From NCBI GenBank assembly GCA_020724805.1, contig DYGI01000001.1, positions 239,157 to 303,156 of the forward strand: a stretch of DNA of 64,000 nt. The letters run 5' to 3'. Below, piece by piece: positions 50,113-57,800 of the stretch. Position 1 is the stretch's first letter, and each line of letters starts with the position of its first letter. The stretch is from Candidatus Microgenomatus sp. Lineage in GTDB: Bacteria > Patescibacteriota > Minisyncoccia > UBA6257 > GWB1-50-10. A program made the translations under genes and the position numbers. The notes under the pieces are model-generated. The model was not told where the DNA came from. It made no database searches and worked only from the letters and a program-made list of their open reading frames with translations.

Positions 50113-50325
50113 ATGACAATGCGTATGAAACAGTGTGTTTTTTGCTCGCAGAATGTGCAGATAATCGATTATCGTAACGTCGAGGTGCTTCGGCGTTTTG
50201 TCTCCGGACAAGCGAAAATCGTTGATCCGCGTCACACGGGAGTATGCGCAAAACATCAACGCGAACTCTCAAAAAGCATCAAGCGTGCGCGGACGATGGG
50301 ACTTTTGCCTTTCGTGCGCCACTAA
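50113..50325 (+). CDS. rpsR: 30S ribosomal protein S18
   Basis: C.FC, IDYR, KI..R.TG.CAKHQR, IKRAR..GLLPF. Confidence 0.96.
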   Translation: MTMRMKQCVFCSQNVQIIDYRNVEVLRRFVSGQAKIVDPRHTGVCAKHQRELSKSIKRARTMGLLPFVRH

Positions 50326-50328
50326 AAT

Positions 50329-50389
50329 ATTGAATAGTTGAAAGATTGAAAGATTAATTATTCAATCCTTCAATCATTAAATTTGCAAT
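50329..50389 (+). repeat. ATTGAA/TTCAAT inverted array pair between rpsR and the PAP2 gene
   Basis: ATTGAA 50329, GTTGAA 50337, ATTGAA 50345, ATTAAT 50353; TTCAAT 50361, 50369. Confidence 0.8.
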
Positions 50390-50915
50390 GGATTTATCCG
50401 TCTTTAATTTTCTCCACTCGTGGGCAGGTCTTTCCGTGACCGGCGATTGGTTTGTGGTGGTTATGGCGCGCTATCTCCCGTGGGGGTTGGTGATAGCCGC
50501 ATTAGTACTCATATTTAAAGGTAATTCTCGGGTAAAGCGTATCGAGAACCTCATTTTTGTGGCGCTCGCGCTTCTGTTGTCCAGGGGATTTCTTACGGAG
50601 ATTATCCGGTATGTAGTAGAGCGCGTGCGGCCGTTCGTGGCGCTAGGGTTTGAACCGTTGGTGGAACAGAGCGCCACTTTCGCGTTGCCTTCCGGCCACG
50701 CGGCGATATTTTTTGCGCTTGCTACCACACTCTGGTTTGTGGACAGAAAGTGGGGGTATTGGTTCGGGGTGTTGGCATTGGTGAACGGCGTGGCGCGCGT
50801 CATCGCGGGTGTTCATTGGCCCCTCGATATTGTAGCGGGCGCAGTAGTTGGAATCGTGTCCGCACTTCTCGTGCGCGTGGTTCTCAAATCAATCCCGTCG
50901 CGAACCGCGGCATAA
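50388..50915 (+). CDS. PAP2 family phosphatase (BcrC/undecaprenyl-PP phosphatase-like)
   Basis: R.RP, PSGHA, ARV..GVHWPLD. Confidence 0.88.
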   Translation: MDLSVFNFLHSWAGLSVTGDWFVVVMARYLPWGLVIAALVLIFKGNSRVKRIENLIFVALALLLSRGFLTEIIRYVVERVRPFVALGFEPLVEQSATFALPSGHAAIFFALATTLWFVDRKWGYWFGVLALVNGVARVIAGVHWPLDIVAGAVVGIVSALLVRVVLKSIPSRTAA

Positions 50916-50920
50916 TTACC

Positions 50921-51463
50921 ATGCAGCATCATGATATTGCCATACCGATAGGAAGTGGTGCTCCCGAGCGCTTTAATGTCGTGGTGGAAATCCCGAAAGG
51001 AGGGCACAACAAATATGAATATGACGAGGAGCTCGGCGGGATCAAACTCGATCGCGTGCTCCATTCACCGCTTTTTTACCCCGTGGAGTACGGATTCATT
51101 CCGGAGACGCGCGGTGACGACGGAGACCACTTGGACGCCATGATACTTTCCGACAGTCCCTCATTCCCTGGATGCGTGGTAGAAGTGCGACCTATTGCCG
51201 CGCTTCATATTGTGGATGGAGGAAGGGGGGACGAGAAAATACTTTGCGTGCCGGTCCGGAGCCCCTACCACGAGCATATCCAAAGTGCGGATGATCTCGT
51301 TCCCCACACCTTGGAAGAAATTTCCCATTTTTTCCAGGAGTATAAAAAACTCGAGAAGAAAACCATTGTGGTGAAGCAATGGGTGGGCAAAAAAGAGGCG
51401 CTCGAAATAATTCGCGCGGCCCGCGAGGTATATCGGAAAGAGAAAGAAACCGCCCGCGCATAG
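50921..51463 (+). CDS. ppa: Inorganic pyrophosphatase (family I)
   Basis: EIPKG..NKYE, LDR.L....YP..YGFIP.T...DGD.LD, DEKI, HFFQEYK.LE. Confidence 0.95.
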   Translation: MQHHDIAIPIGSGAPERFNVVVEIPKGGHNKYEYDEELGGIKLDRVLHSPLFYPVEYGFIPETRGDDGDHLDAMILSDSPSFPGCVVEVRPIAALHIVDGGRGDEKILCVPVRSPYHEHIQSADDLVPHTLEEISHFFQEYKKLEKKTIVVKQWVGKKEALEIIRAAREVYRKEKETARA

Positions 51464-51476
51464 CGGGCGGCAGTGT

Positions 51477-51734
51477 TTATACGAAAAAGCTCAGTATTTT
51501 GAGCTTTATTTTTTCTACTTCGCCCGGCTCGAGCGTGTCTTTGAAATTGAATTTCAGCCCGCGGATGACCTGCTCCGCCTCGAGCTTTGAGATGCCGTTC
51601 GCCTGGAATCGGCCAAACGCCGCTTTCACATACTCGCGCTCTTCAGGGGAGAGCGCGGATATCTCCTTCAGGAGCTTTTCAAGTTTCTTTATCTGGAGCG
51701 CTTTTTGCTTAAGTGGAAAAAATATATCGAACAT
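51477..51734 (-). CDS. Small helical hypothetical protein (85 aa)
   Basis: ATG 7 nt after TATAAT on - strand; [11 protein letters not shown]. Confidence 0.6.
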   Translation of the reverse strand: MFDIFFPLKQKALQIKKLEKLLKEISALSPEEREYVKAAFGRFQANGISKLEAEQVIRGLKFNFKDTLEPGEVEKIKLKILSFFV

Positions 51735-51749
51735 CGCTTTTATTATAGC

Positions 51750-51770
51750 TTTGTGCCCAGGGTGGGACTC
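51750..51770 (-). repeat. 21-bp duplicate of the tRNA-Leu 3' end and flank
   Basis: TTTGTGCCCAGGGTGGGACTC, identical to 51916-51936. Confidence 0.85.
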
Positions 51771-51919
51771 CTCCTTCCCCGTGTTTTGACTATAGCAAAA
51801 CACTCCTCCGGAGCCACGGACTTCCGCGTTGTCCTGCCCCGCAGGCGCGGAAGTTCCGTTCGAGCCCACGGCAAACATAAAAACAAAATTCCCGCCACAA
51901 GAGCGGAAATTTTGTTTTG

Positions 51920-52002
51920 TGCCCAGGGTGGGACTCGAACCCACAAGACCTTGCGGCCACAGGATTTTGAGTCCTGCGCGTATACCATTCCGCCACCTGG
52001 GC
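51920..52002 (-). tRNA. tRNA-Leu(CAA), CCA not encoded
   Basis: GCCCAGG acceptor stem, CAGGA-CT-CAA-AA-TCCTG anticodon arm, long variable arm, GGTTCGAGTCC T-arm. Confidence 0.96.
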
Positions 52003-52064
52003 TCGGAGTCATTGAATCGTATTTCATTGTGAAAATCAAGCAAAAATCATAGAATTGGAGCGAG

Positions 52065-52886
52065 ATGCCGCGCGTTATCGCAATATTGAACCAGAAAGGC
52101 GGAGTGGGGAAGACCACGACCGCGGTGAACCTTGCATCGTACCTCGCAATGCGCGGAAGGAAAACGCTCCTTATCGACTTCGACCCGCAGTTCAACGCCA
52201 CGATGTGTCTTGGTGTGGTTCACGCACCCGACGAAACCATCTACCATACGCTTCTTGCGGGCGTGCCTCATGAACGCGCCATCAAACCTACATATCTTAC
52301 ACACCTCCATGCAGTGCCGTCCTCAGCAGATCTCGCGGGTGCCTTAATCGAGCTCGTTGAAGTGCCGGAACGTGAACGGGTGCTTCGTAATTTTGTGGAA
52401 AAAGTCGGCGGGAGTTACGACTTTGTTATTATCGACCTCGGACCGAGTCTTCATCTATTAACCGTGAATGCGCTTATGGCGGCGAGTGAGGTGGTGGTGC
52501 CCATACAATGCGAGTATCTGAGCTTGGAAGGGCTTGGACAGCTTCTCCAAACCATCGATTTGGTCAGGAATAATTTAGGTCACAATCTGAAAGTTGGCGG
52601 TGCACTTCTCACCATGTACGACAAACGCGAGAAGCTCTCGCGTGAAATCGCGCGGGAGATTCGAAAACGTTTTCCTCACCACGTCTATGATGTGGAGATT
52701 CCGCGGTCGGTGGCGCTCGCCGAGGCGCCGCAGTACCGGAAGCCCATTATGCTCTATGCACCGCAGAGTCCCGGCGCATTTGCGTATGAACGTCTTGCGG
52801 AAGAAGTCATATCGCAAGGAGAGGTTCCAGATGTTCCTGTGCATTATTTTGACGATTTGACACCTCCGTCTACGGCCTTATCATAG
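52065..52886 (+). CDS. parA: ParA/Soj chromosome partition ATPase
   Basis: NQKGGVGKTTTAVNL, D.DPQ.NAT, PIQCEY..LEGL, IPRSV.LAEAP. Confidence 0.95.
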   Translation: MPRVIAILNQKGGVGKTTTAVNLASYLAMRGRKTLLIDFDPQFNATMCLGVVHAPDETIYHTLLAGVPHERAIKPTYLTHLHAVPSSADLAGALIELVEVPERERVLRNFVEKVGGSYDFVIIDLGPSLHLLTVNALMAASEVVVPIQCEYLSLEGLGQLLQTIDLVRNNLGHNLKVGGALLTMYDKREKLSREIAREIRKRFPHHVYDVEIPRSVALAEAPQYRKPIMLYAPQSPGAFAYERLAEEVISQGEVPDVPVHYFDDLTPPSTALS

Positions 52887-53005
52887 TCCTTGGTCTTGCG
52901 CTTGAAGGGCTTCACGGATGCCGGCGCGCGGGTTATCCGGCCGGAAATTCGTTCGTCGTCAGACGGGAAGCGCAGAGAGTGTGAGCCACGTACCGGGTAC
53001 GTTTG

Positions 53006-53163
53006 CTAAGACAGAGGTACGTGCGTGAGTTTCGTTCTTTCACACCTGAACCCGACATTTCGAGTTGTTCTTTATTAATTTCATTTCATTTATTTAAGAC
53101 TCTCGAAATGTTTAAAACGGGGAACGGTGGAATGAGCGAGGCGCGCGTACGCCTCTGTTTTAG
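53006..53163 (+). ncRNA. Candidate rod-like structured RNA (6S-like?) between parA and parB
   Basis: Nested pairings 53006-53017/53152-53163, 53017-53026/53141-53150, 53055-53064/53102-53111; non-WC pairs are G-U on +. Confidence 0.45.
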
Positions 53164-53184
53164 TTTTTCGTATACAATAAAGAC

Positions 53185-54159
53185 ATGATTGGAAAAGGAT
53201 TGGAATCGCTTCTCCCGAAGAAATCGTCGGACGGGAAATCGTTCTCGAAAGACGCGGCCGTTTTGCCTCAACGCGGCGAACCGTCGCTTGTTCCTCAACC
53301 TCGCTCGGCCGTTTCAGGCGGCCACTCTGCGCGCTCGGTTTCCGACACGTTTTCTCATCCAATTCCCCATCCTTCTCGAAAGGTGAATGAGCGCGCGGAA
53401 AGCTCCAAAGAGGGTGTTGAAAAAAAGAAGGAACACGACGCGATTTTCCATATTGAAGTTGAAAAGATAACGCCGAATCCTTATCAACCGAGGCGCGCGT
53501 TCAGCGAAGAAGGATTGGAAGAATTGGCGGCTTCCATTCGGGAATTCGGCATTCTTCAGCCTCTCGTGGTGACGAAACGCGTAGAGGAAACGGGAGAGGG
53601 CACGAAGGTAACCTATGAGCTCATCGCGGGAGAGCGACGCCTTCTCGCGGCGAGACGTGCAGGACTCGAGAGAGTGCCTGCAATCGTGAAATCAGACCAC
53701 TCACACCGCGCGAAACTTGAAGTGGCGCTCATTGAAAATCTTCAGCGTCGTGATCTTAGTGCGCTTGAAACCGCGCGCGCCTACGCGCGGTTACAGGAAG
53801 AATTCGGCCTCACCCAACGTGAGATTGGGGAAAGGGTAGGAAAGAGCCGTGAGGCGGTGGCGAATACGCTCCGCTTGCTTCAACTACCGCCTGATGTGCT
53901 CCACGCACTTGCGGAAGGAAAGATCACGGAGTCGCAGGCGCGGGCGCTCCTTGCGGGAAAATCTCTCAATGTGCGTGGCCGTCCCGTCACCTCCCCACTT
54001 TCTCCTGAAGATGCCGCTACCGTTCGTGCCATTGAAGAGAAGCTTGGCGCGCCGGTAAAAGTGGTGCGCACGAAAAAAGGAGGCTCCCTCATCATTACTT
54101 TTTATTCCGACGAGGAATTCCGCGGTGTCCGCTCCCGTCTTCTGGGGGAGGATTATTAA
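53185..54159 (+). CDS. parB: ParB/Spo0J partition protein
   Basis: GKGL.SL, PNPYQPR, GILQPL.V, IAGERRL.A, ALIENLQR.DL, HTH GKSR..VAN.LRLL. Confidence 0.95.
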   Translation: MIGKGLESLLPKKSSDGKSFSKDAAVLPQRGEPSLVPQPRSAVSGGHSARSVSDTFSHPIPHPSRKVNERAESSKEGVEKKKEHDAIFHIEVEKITPNPYQPRRAFSEEGLEELAASIREFGILQPLVVTKRVEETGEGTKVTYELIAGERRLLAARRAGLERVPAIVKSDHSHRAKLEVALIENLQRRDLSALETARAYARLQEEFGLTQREIGERVGKSREAVANTLRLLQLPPDVLHALAEGKITESQARALLAGKSLNVRGRPVTSPLSPEDAATVRAIEEKLGAPVKVVRTKKGGSLIITFYSDEEFRGVRSRLLGEDY

Positions 54160-55621
54160 CGAGGCGGCGAATCGCGGAATTGCGCGGGGCATTCAACACG
54201 CTCCGTATTTGTTTTTTTGCGAGTGAGGTCTTTACGAAACGAAGCCAGTCCTTAGACGGTTTCTTTCCTTTTTGAGTGACGATTTCCACAATGTCGCCCG
54301 AACGGAGCGGGGTGTCGAGCGGCACCATTTTTCCGTTCACCCGCGCACCGGTACATTGATCTCCAATGTCCGAGTGGATATGGTACGCGAAATCCACCGG
54401 GGTGGCATCGGCGGGGAGGTCGATAATGTCGTTTTCGGGCGTGAGCGCATAGACGCGGTCTCGGAAGAAATCAGTTTTCACCGCCTCCTGGAACTCACCG
54501 GGGTCGGTAAAGGTGCCCTGCCAGTTTCTTAATTGCTCAACCCAACGAAGCTCCTGCTTGTCGCGGATGCCGCTCCACACGTTCGCGTTTTTCTGATTGC
54601 GCGCCTGTTGATAGGCCCAGTGGGCCGCGATGCCGAGTTCCGCTTCGGCGTGCATCTCTGGTGTCCGTATCTGGAACTCAGTGACCTTGCGGTCTACGCA
54701 AAACACGGCGGTATGGAGTGAGCGGTACCCATTAGACTTCGGTCGCGCGATGTAATCCTTGAAGCGTCCGGAAAAAGGAGGCCATTCCTGATGTATCACG
54801 CCGAGCGCCGCGTAGCACGCCTCAACAGAAGGAACGATGACGCGGACCGCAACGAGGTCATAGATTTTCCCGAGGTCTTTGTCGTGGCGCAGGAGCTTCT
54901 TATAAAGACTATAGTGCCGTTTCGCTCTTGCGTCAGTTGATACCACAGGAATCGAATGGGTTTTGAGAAGTGTTTCCACTTTCGGCACGAGTGCGTGCGC
55001 ATACGCAAGCCGTTCCTCGTATGGTTCCTTCACCAACTTTTCGAGCTCCTCATATTCTTTTGGGAGCACGTGGGGGAATGCGAGATCCTCCAATTCGCCG
55101 GAAAGTTTTTGCATACCGAGTCGATAGGCTAAGGGGCCGTAGAGTTCCAAAGTTTCCCATGCGAACGTGCGGCGCCGCTCGAGCGGCAGGCTCGCAAGAG
55201 TTCGCATATTGTGGAGGCGGTCGGCGAGTTTTACGAGGAGCACGCGGATATCCTCAGCGAACGACACAATGAATTTTCTGAGGTTTTCGGACTCATCGCC
55301 GCTTTCTTTGGTGATGCCCGCGGTGGCGTGGGGAAGGTTTTTAAGTTTGGTGAGGCCTTCCACAAGGGAACGTACCTCGGGGCCGAACTCGCGGCCAACG
55401 TCGTCCAAAGTAAATGAGGTGTCTTCCACCACGTCGTGGAGAAGTGCCGCCGCAACGGACGTTTCATCCAGACCCCATTCCGCGACAGTTCCTGCCACCG
55501 CTTTGCAGTGGGTAAAATAAGGGTCGCCCGACGCGCGCTTCGTGTCCTTATGCGCCTCGGCGGCGAACGTGTATGCCCGCCCCACAAGGCTTTTTGCGCC
55601 GTATTTCGCGAGAAGATCCAT
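54095..55621 (-). CDS. rel: RelA/SpoT family (p)ppGpp synthetase/hydrolase (HD + synthetase + TGS, no ACT)
   Basis: R.SG.PY..H, AALLHDVVED, KLADRLHNMRTL, KDYIA.PK.NGY.SLHT, EFQIRT, TPVDFAY.IH. Confidence 0.93.
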   Translation of the reverse strand: MDLLAKYGAKSLVGRAYTFAAEAHKDTKRASGDPYFTHCKAVAGTVAEWGLDETSVAAALLHDVVEDTSFTLDDVGREFGPEVRSLVEGLTKLKNLPHATAGITKESGDESENLRKFIVSFAEDIRVLLVKLADRLHNMRTLASLPLERRRTFAWETLELYGPLAYRLGMQKLSGELEDLAFPHVLPKEYEELEKLVKEPYEERLAYAHALVPKVETLLKTHSIPVVSTDARAKRHYSLYKKLLRHDKDLGKIYDLVAVRVIVPSVEACYAALGVIHQEWPPFSGRFKDYIARPKSNGYRSLHTAVFCVDRKVTEFQIRTPEMHAEAELGIAAHWAYQQARNQKNANVWSGIRDKQELRWVEQLRNWQGTFTDPGEFQEAVKTDFFRDRVYALTPENDIIDLPADATPVDFAYHIHSDIGDQCTGARVNGKMVPLDTPLRSGDIVEIVTQKGKKPSKDWLRFVKTSLAKKQIRSVLNAPRNSAIRRLVNNPPPEDGSGHRGIPRRNKK

Positions 55622-55653
55622 ATGGATACTTATCGTACCCCACTTTTTTCCTC

Positions 55654-55681
55654 TTGACACGATGGGTGTGGCGCATAGAAT
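55654..55681 (+). promoter_or_regulatory. groESL promoter
   Basis: TTGACA-16 bp-TAGAAT. Confidence 0.65.
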
Positions 55682-55690
55682 ATCTCTGCA

Positions 55691-55717
55691 TTAGCAGTAA
55701 ATGGTCGTTACTGCTAA
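55691..55717 (+). promoter_or_regulatory. Variant CIRCE (HrcA operator)
   Basis: TTAGCAGTA-N9-TACTGCTAA perfect IR before groES; consensus is TTAGCACTC-N9-GAGTGCTAA. Confidence 0.8.
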
Positions 55718-55738
55718 AACAAAAAATAAAAAAATTAG

Positions 55739-56029
55739 ATGAAATTTAAACCACTTTCGAACCGTGTGCTTGTAGAGGCTGTAGAGGATGTTGAAAAGGC
55801 AACAAAGTCTGGCATCGTGCTTCCTGATACTGCGAATGGGAAGCAGTATGTAAAAGGGACGGTAGTAGCAATAGGTCCGGGTAAATTTACCGACAGTGGT
55901 GGACAACTCCCTCTCTCTGTAAAAATTGGAGATGTTGCGATTTTCGAAAAATACAGCGGCACTGAAATTACGATTGAAAACAATAAATATATTGTCGTTA
56001 GGGAAGATGAAATTCTAGGTATTGAATAA
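55739..56029 (+). CDS. groES: Co-chaperonin GroES
   Basis: KPL.NRVLV, TKSGIVLPD, G.VVAIGPG, VK.GD..IF.KY.G. Confidence 0.96.
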   Translation: MKFKPLSNRVLVEAVEDVEKATKSGIVLPDTANGKQYVKGTVVAIGPGKFTDSGGQLPLSVKIGDVAIFEKYSGTEITIENNKYIVVREDEILGIE

Positions 56030-56034
56030 AAATT

Positions 56035-57672
56035 ATGGCAAAGCAGATCAAATTCAACGAAGACGCACGTGCGGCGATGAAAAAAGGCATCGACAAGCTC
56101 GCGGAAGCGGTGCGAATGACTTTGGGTCCCCGCGGGCGCGCGGCGGTCATTGAGAAAAGCTATGGAGCGCCGCAGGTTACTTTTGACGGCGTCACGGTCG
56201 CGAAGGAGATAGAGCTTGAGGACAAGTACGAAAATCTCGGCGCCGAGTTTTTGAAACAGGCGGCCGACAAAACGAACGACAACGTGGGCGACGGAACCAC
56301 CACTTCTGTCGTGCTCGCTCACGCGATGATAGAAGAGGGGGAACGGCTTATCCAAGGGAAAGGGTTCAATGTTATTAAACTTTCCGAGGAGCTCAAAAAA
56401 GGCTCAGAGGCAATTGTAAAAAGTTTGGAAAAGCAAAAAGAATCCATTAACGACGCTAAAAAAATAGAAGAAGTTGCTACTCTCTCGGCAAAGGATGGAG
56501 AGATTGGGAAACTTATCGCCGAGGTGTTTGGTAAAGTGGGGCGTGAGGGAGTGGTGACCATTGATGATTCGAACACGGTTGGGAATTCCTACGAGATGGT
56601 GGAAGGCATGCAGTTCGACCGGGGGTACGTCTCGCCTTACATGGTGACGAGCCAGGAGAGGATGGAGGCGGCGATTGAGGACCCGGCAATACTCGTGACC
56701 GACCGCAAAATTTCGTCAATTCAGGAATTGCTTCCTCTTTTGGAAAAGCTGGTGCAAGGCGGGAAAAAGGAACTCGTTATCATCGCGGAAGAAGTGGAAG
56801 GCGAGGCGTTGACCACGCTCGTCCTGAACAAGCTCCGCGGAGTGTTCAGCGTGCTTGCGGTCAAAGCTCCCGGTTTTGGTGACCGGAAGAAAGAGATGCT
56901 TCAGGATATCGCGGTCGTCACGGGCGCTACGCTCATCTCGGAGGATCTCGGAAAGAAATTGGAAAATGTGGGAATGGACGAACTCGGACACGCACACCGC
57001 GTGGTTTCCGATAAGGACAAAACGACCATCGTGGGTGGGAAGGGAGACAAAAAAGCCATTGAAGAGCGCGTGAAACAAATCCGCGAACAAGTGAAACGCA
57101 CGGACTCCGACTACGACAAAGAGAAATTGAATGAACGGCTCGGCAAGCTTGCGGGAGGTGTCGCGGTCATCAAGGTGGGCGCACCGACCGAGTCCGCACA
57201 AAAAGAATTGAAGCAACGTGTGGAAGATGCCGTGGCAGCGACCCGCGCGGCGATGGAGGAGGGAATTGTGCCTGGAGGAGGCATCGCACTCTTTAATGTC
57301 ACGTATGATACGGTGTCGCTTCAGGAAAATGCGAAGTCGGTCGCTGACGCAGTTCGGGTGATTCTTAAACGTGCATTGGAGGCGCCTCTTACCGCGATTG
57401 TCGCAAATAGTGGAGAATCGGTTGAAAAAGTAGTAGAGGAACTTAAGAAGAGAGGCAAGGACGATCTTTGGAAAGGGTTCAATGCCGCTAAAAACGAACT
57501 TGAAGACTTAAAGAAAGCTGGCATCATTGATCCGCTAAAAGTGACAAAAACAGCATTCTTGAACGCGGTTTCAGTTGCATCTACCTATCTCACTATCGGT
57601 GCGGCAGTCTCGGAAATCCCGAAGAAAGAAGTTCCGCCCGCGGGCGGAATGCCGGGAGGGATGGATTATTGA
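56035..57672 (+). CDS. groEL: Chaperonin GroEL
   Basis: [36 protein letters not shown] tail. Confidence 0.98.
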   Translation: MAKQIKFNEDARAAMKKGIDKLAEAVRMTLGPRGRAAVIEKSYGAPQVTFDGVTVAKEIELEDKYENLGAEFLKQAADKTNDNVGDGTTTSVVLAHAMIEEGERLIQGKGFNVIKLSEELKKGSEAIVKSLEKQKESINDAKKIEEVATLSAKDGEIGKLIAEVFGKVGREGVVTIDDSNTVGNSYEMVEGMQFDRGYVSPYMVTSQERMEAAIEDPAILVTDRKISSIQELLPLLEKLVQGGKKELVIIAEEVEGEALTTLVLNKLRGVFSVLAVKAPGFGDRKKEMLQDIAVVTGATLISEDLGKKLENVGMDELGHAHRVVSDKDKTTIVGGKGDKKAIEERVKQIREQVKRTDSDYDKEKLNERLGKLAGGVAVIKVGAPTESAQKELKQRVEDAVAATRAAMEEGIVPGGGIALFNVTYDTVSLQENAKSVADAVRVILKRALEAPLTAIVANSGESVEKVVEELKKRGKDDLWKGFNAAKNELEDLKKAGIIDPLKVTKTAFLNAVSVASTYLTIGAAVSEIPKKEVPPAGGMPGGMDY

Positions 57673-57701
57673 TAAGCGCCAGGTATCAAGCGTTAGGCGC
57701 T

Positions 57702-57734
57702 AACCCCCACACCTATTGCGTAGGTGTGGGGGTT
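57702..57734 (+). terminator. Intrinsic terminator after groEL
   Basis: AACCCCCACACCTA-TTGCG-TAGGTGTGGGGGTT, 14-bp stem. Confidence 0.8.
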
Positions 57735-57800
57735 TGATTTAGGGTGGGGACAGTTCAATACCATACCATACCACACCAATCATCACTCACGAGGTGCAGC

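Noticed and set aside
51735-52043. N-terminal half of ORF 51477-52043 and ORFs 51705-52052, 51743-52201
   Set aside because: They run through tRNA-Leu and its repeat; only 51477-51734 is a plausible CDS.
52887-53184. Canonical parS site or SRP RNA between parA and parB
   Set aside because: No TGTTTCACGTGAAACA-like palindrome and no CAGG...GGAAGCAG SRP motif seen on either strand.
54095-54159. 65-nt convergent overlap of rel and parB as a special feature
   Set aside because: Involves only a non-conserved Rel tail; ordinary in compact genomes.
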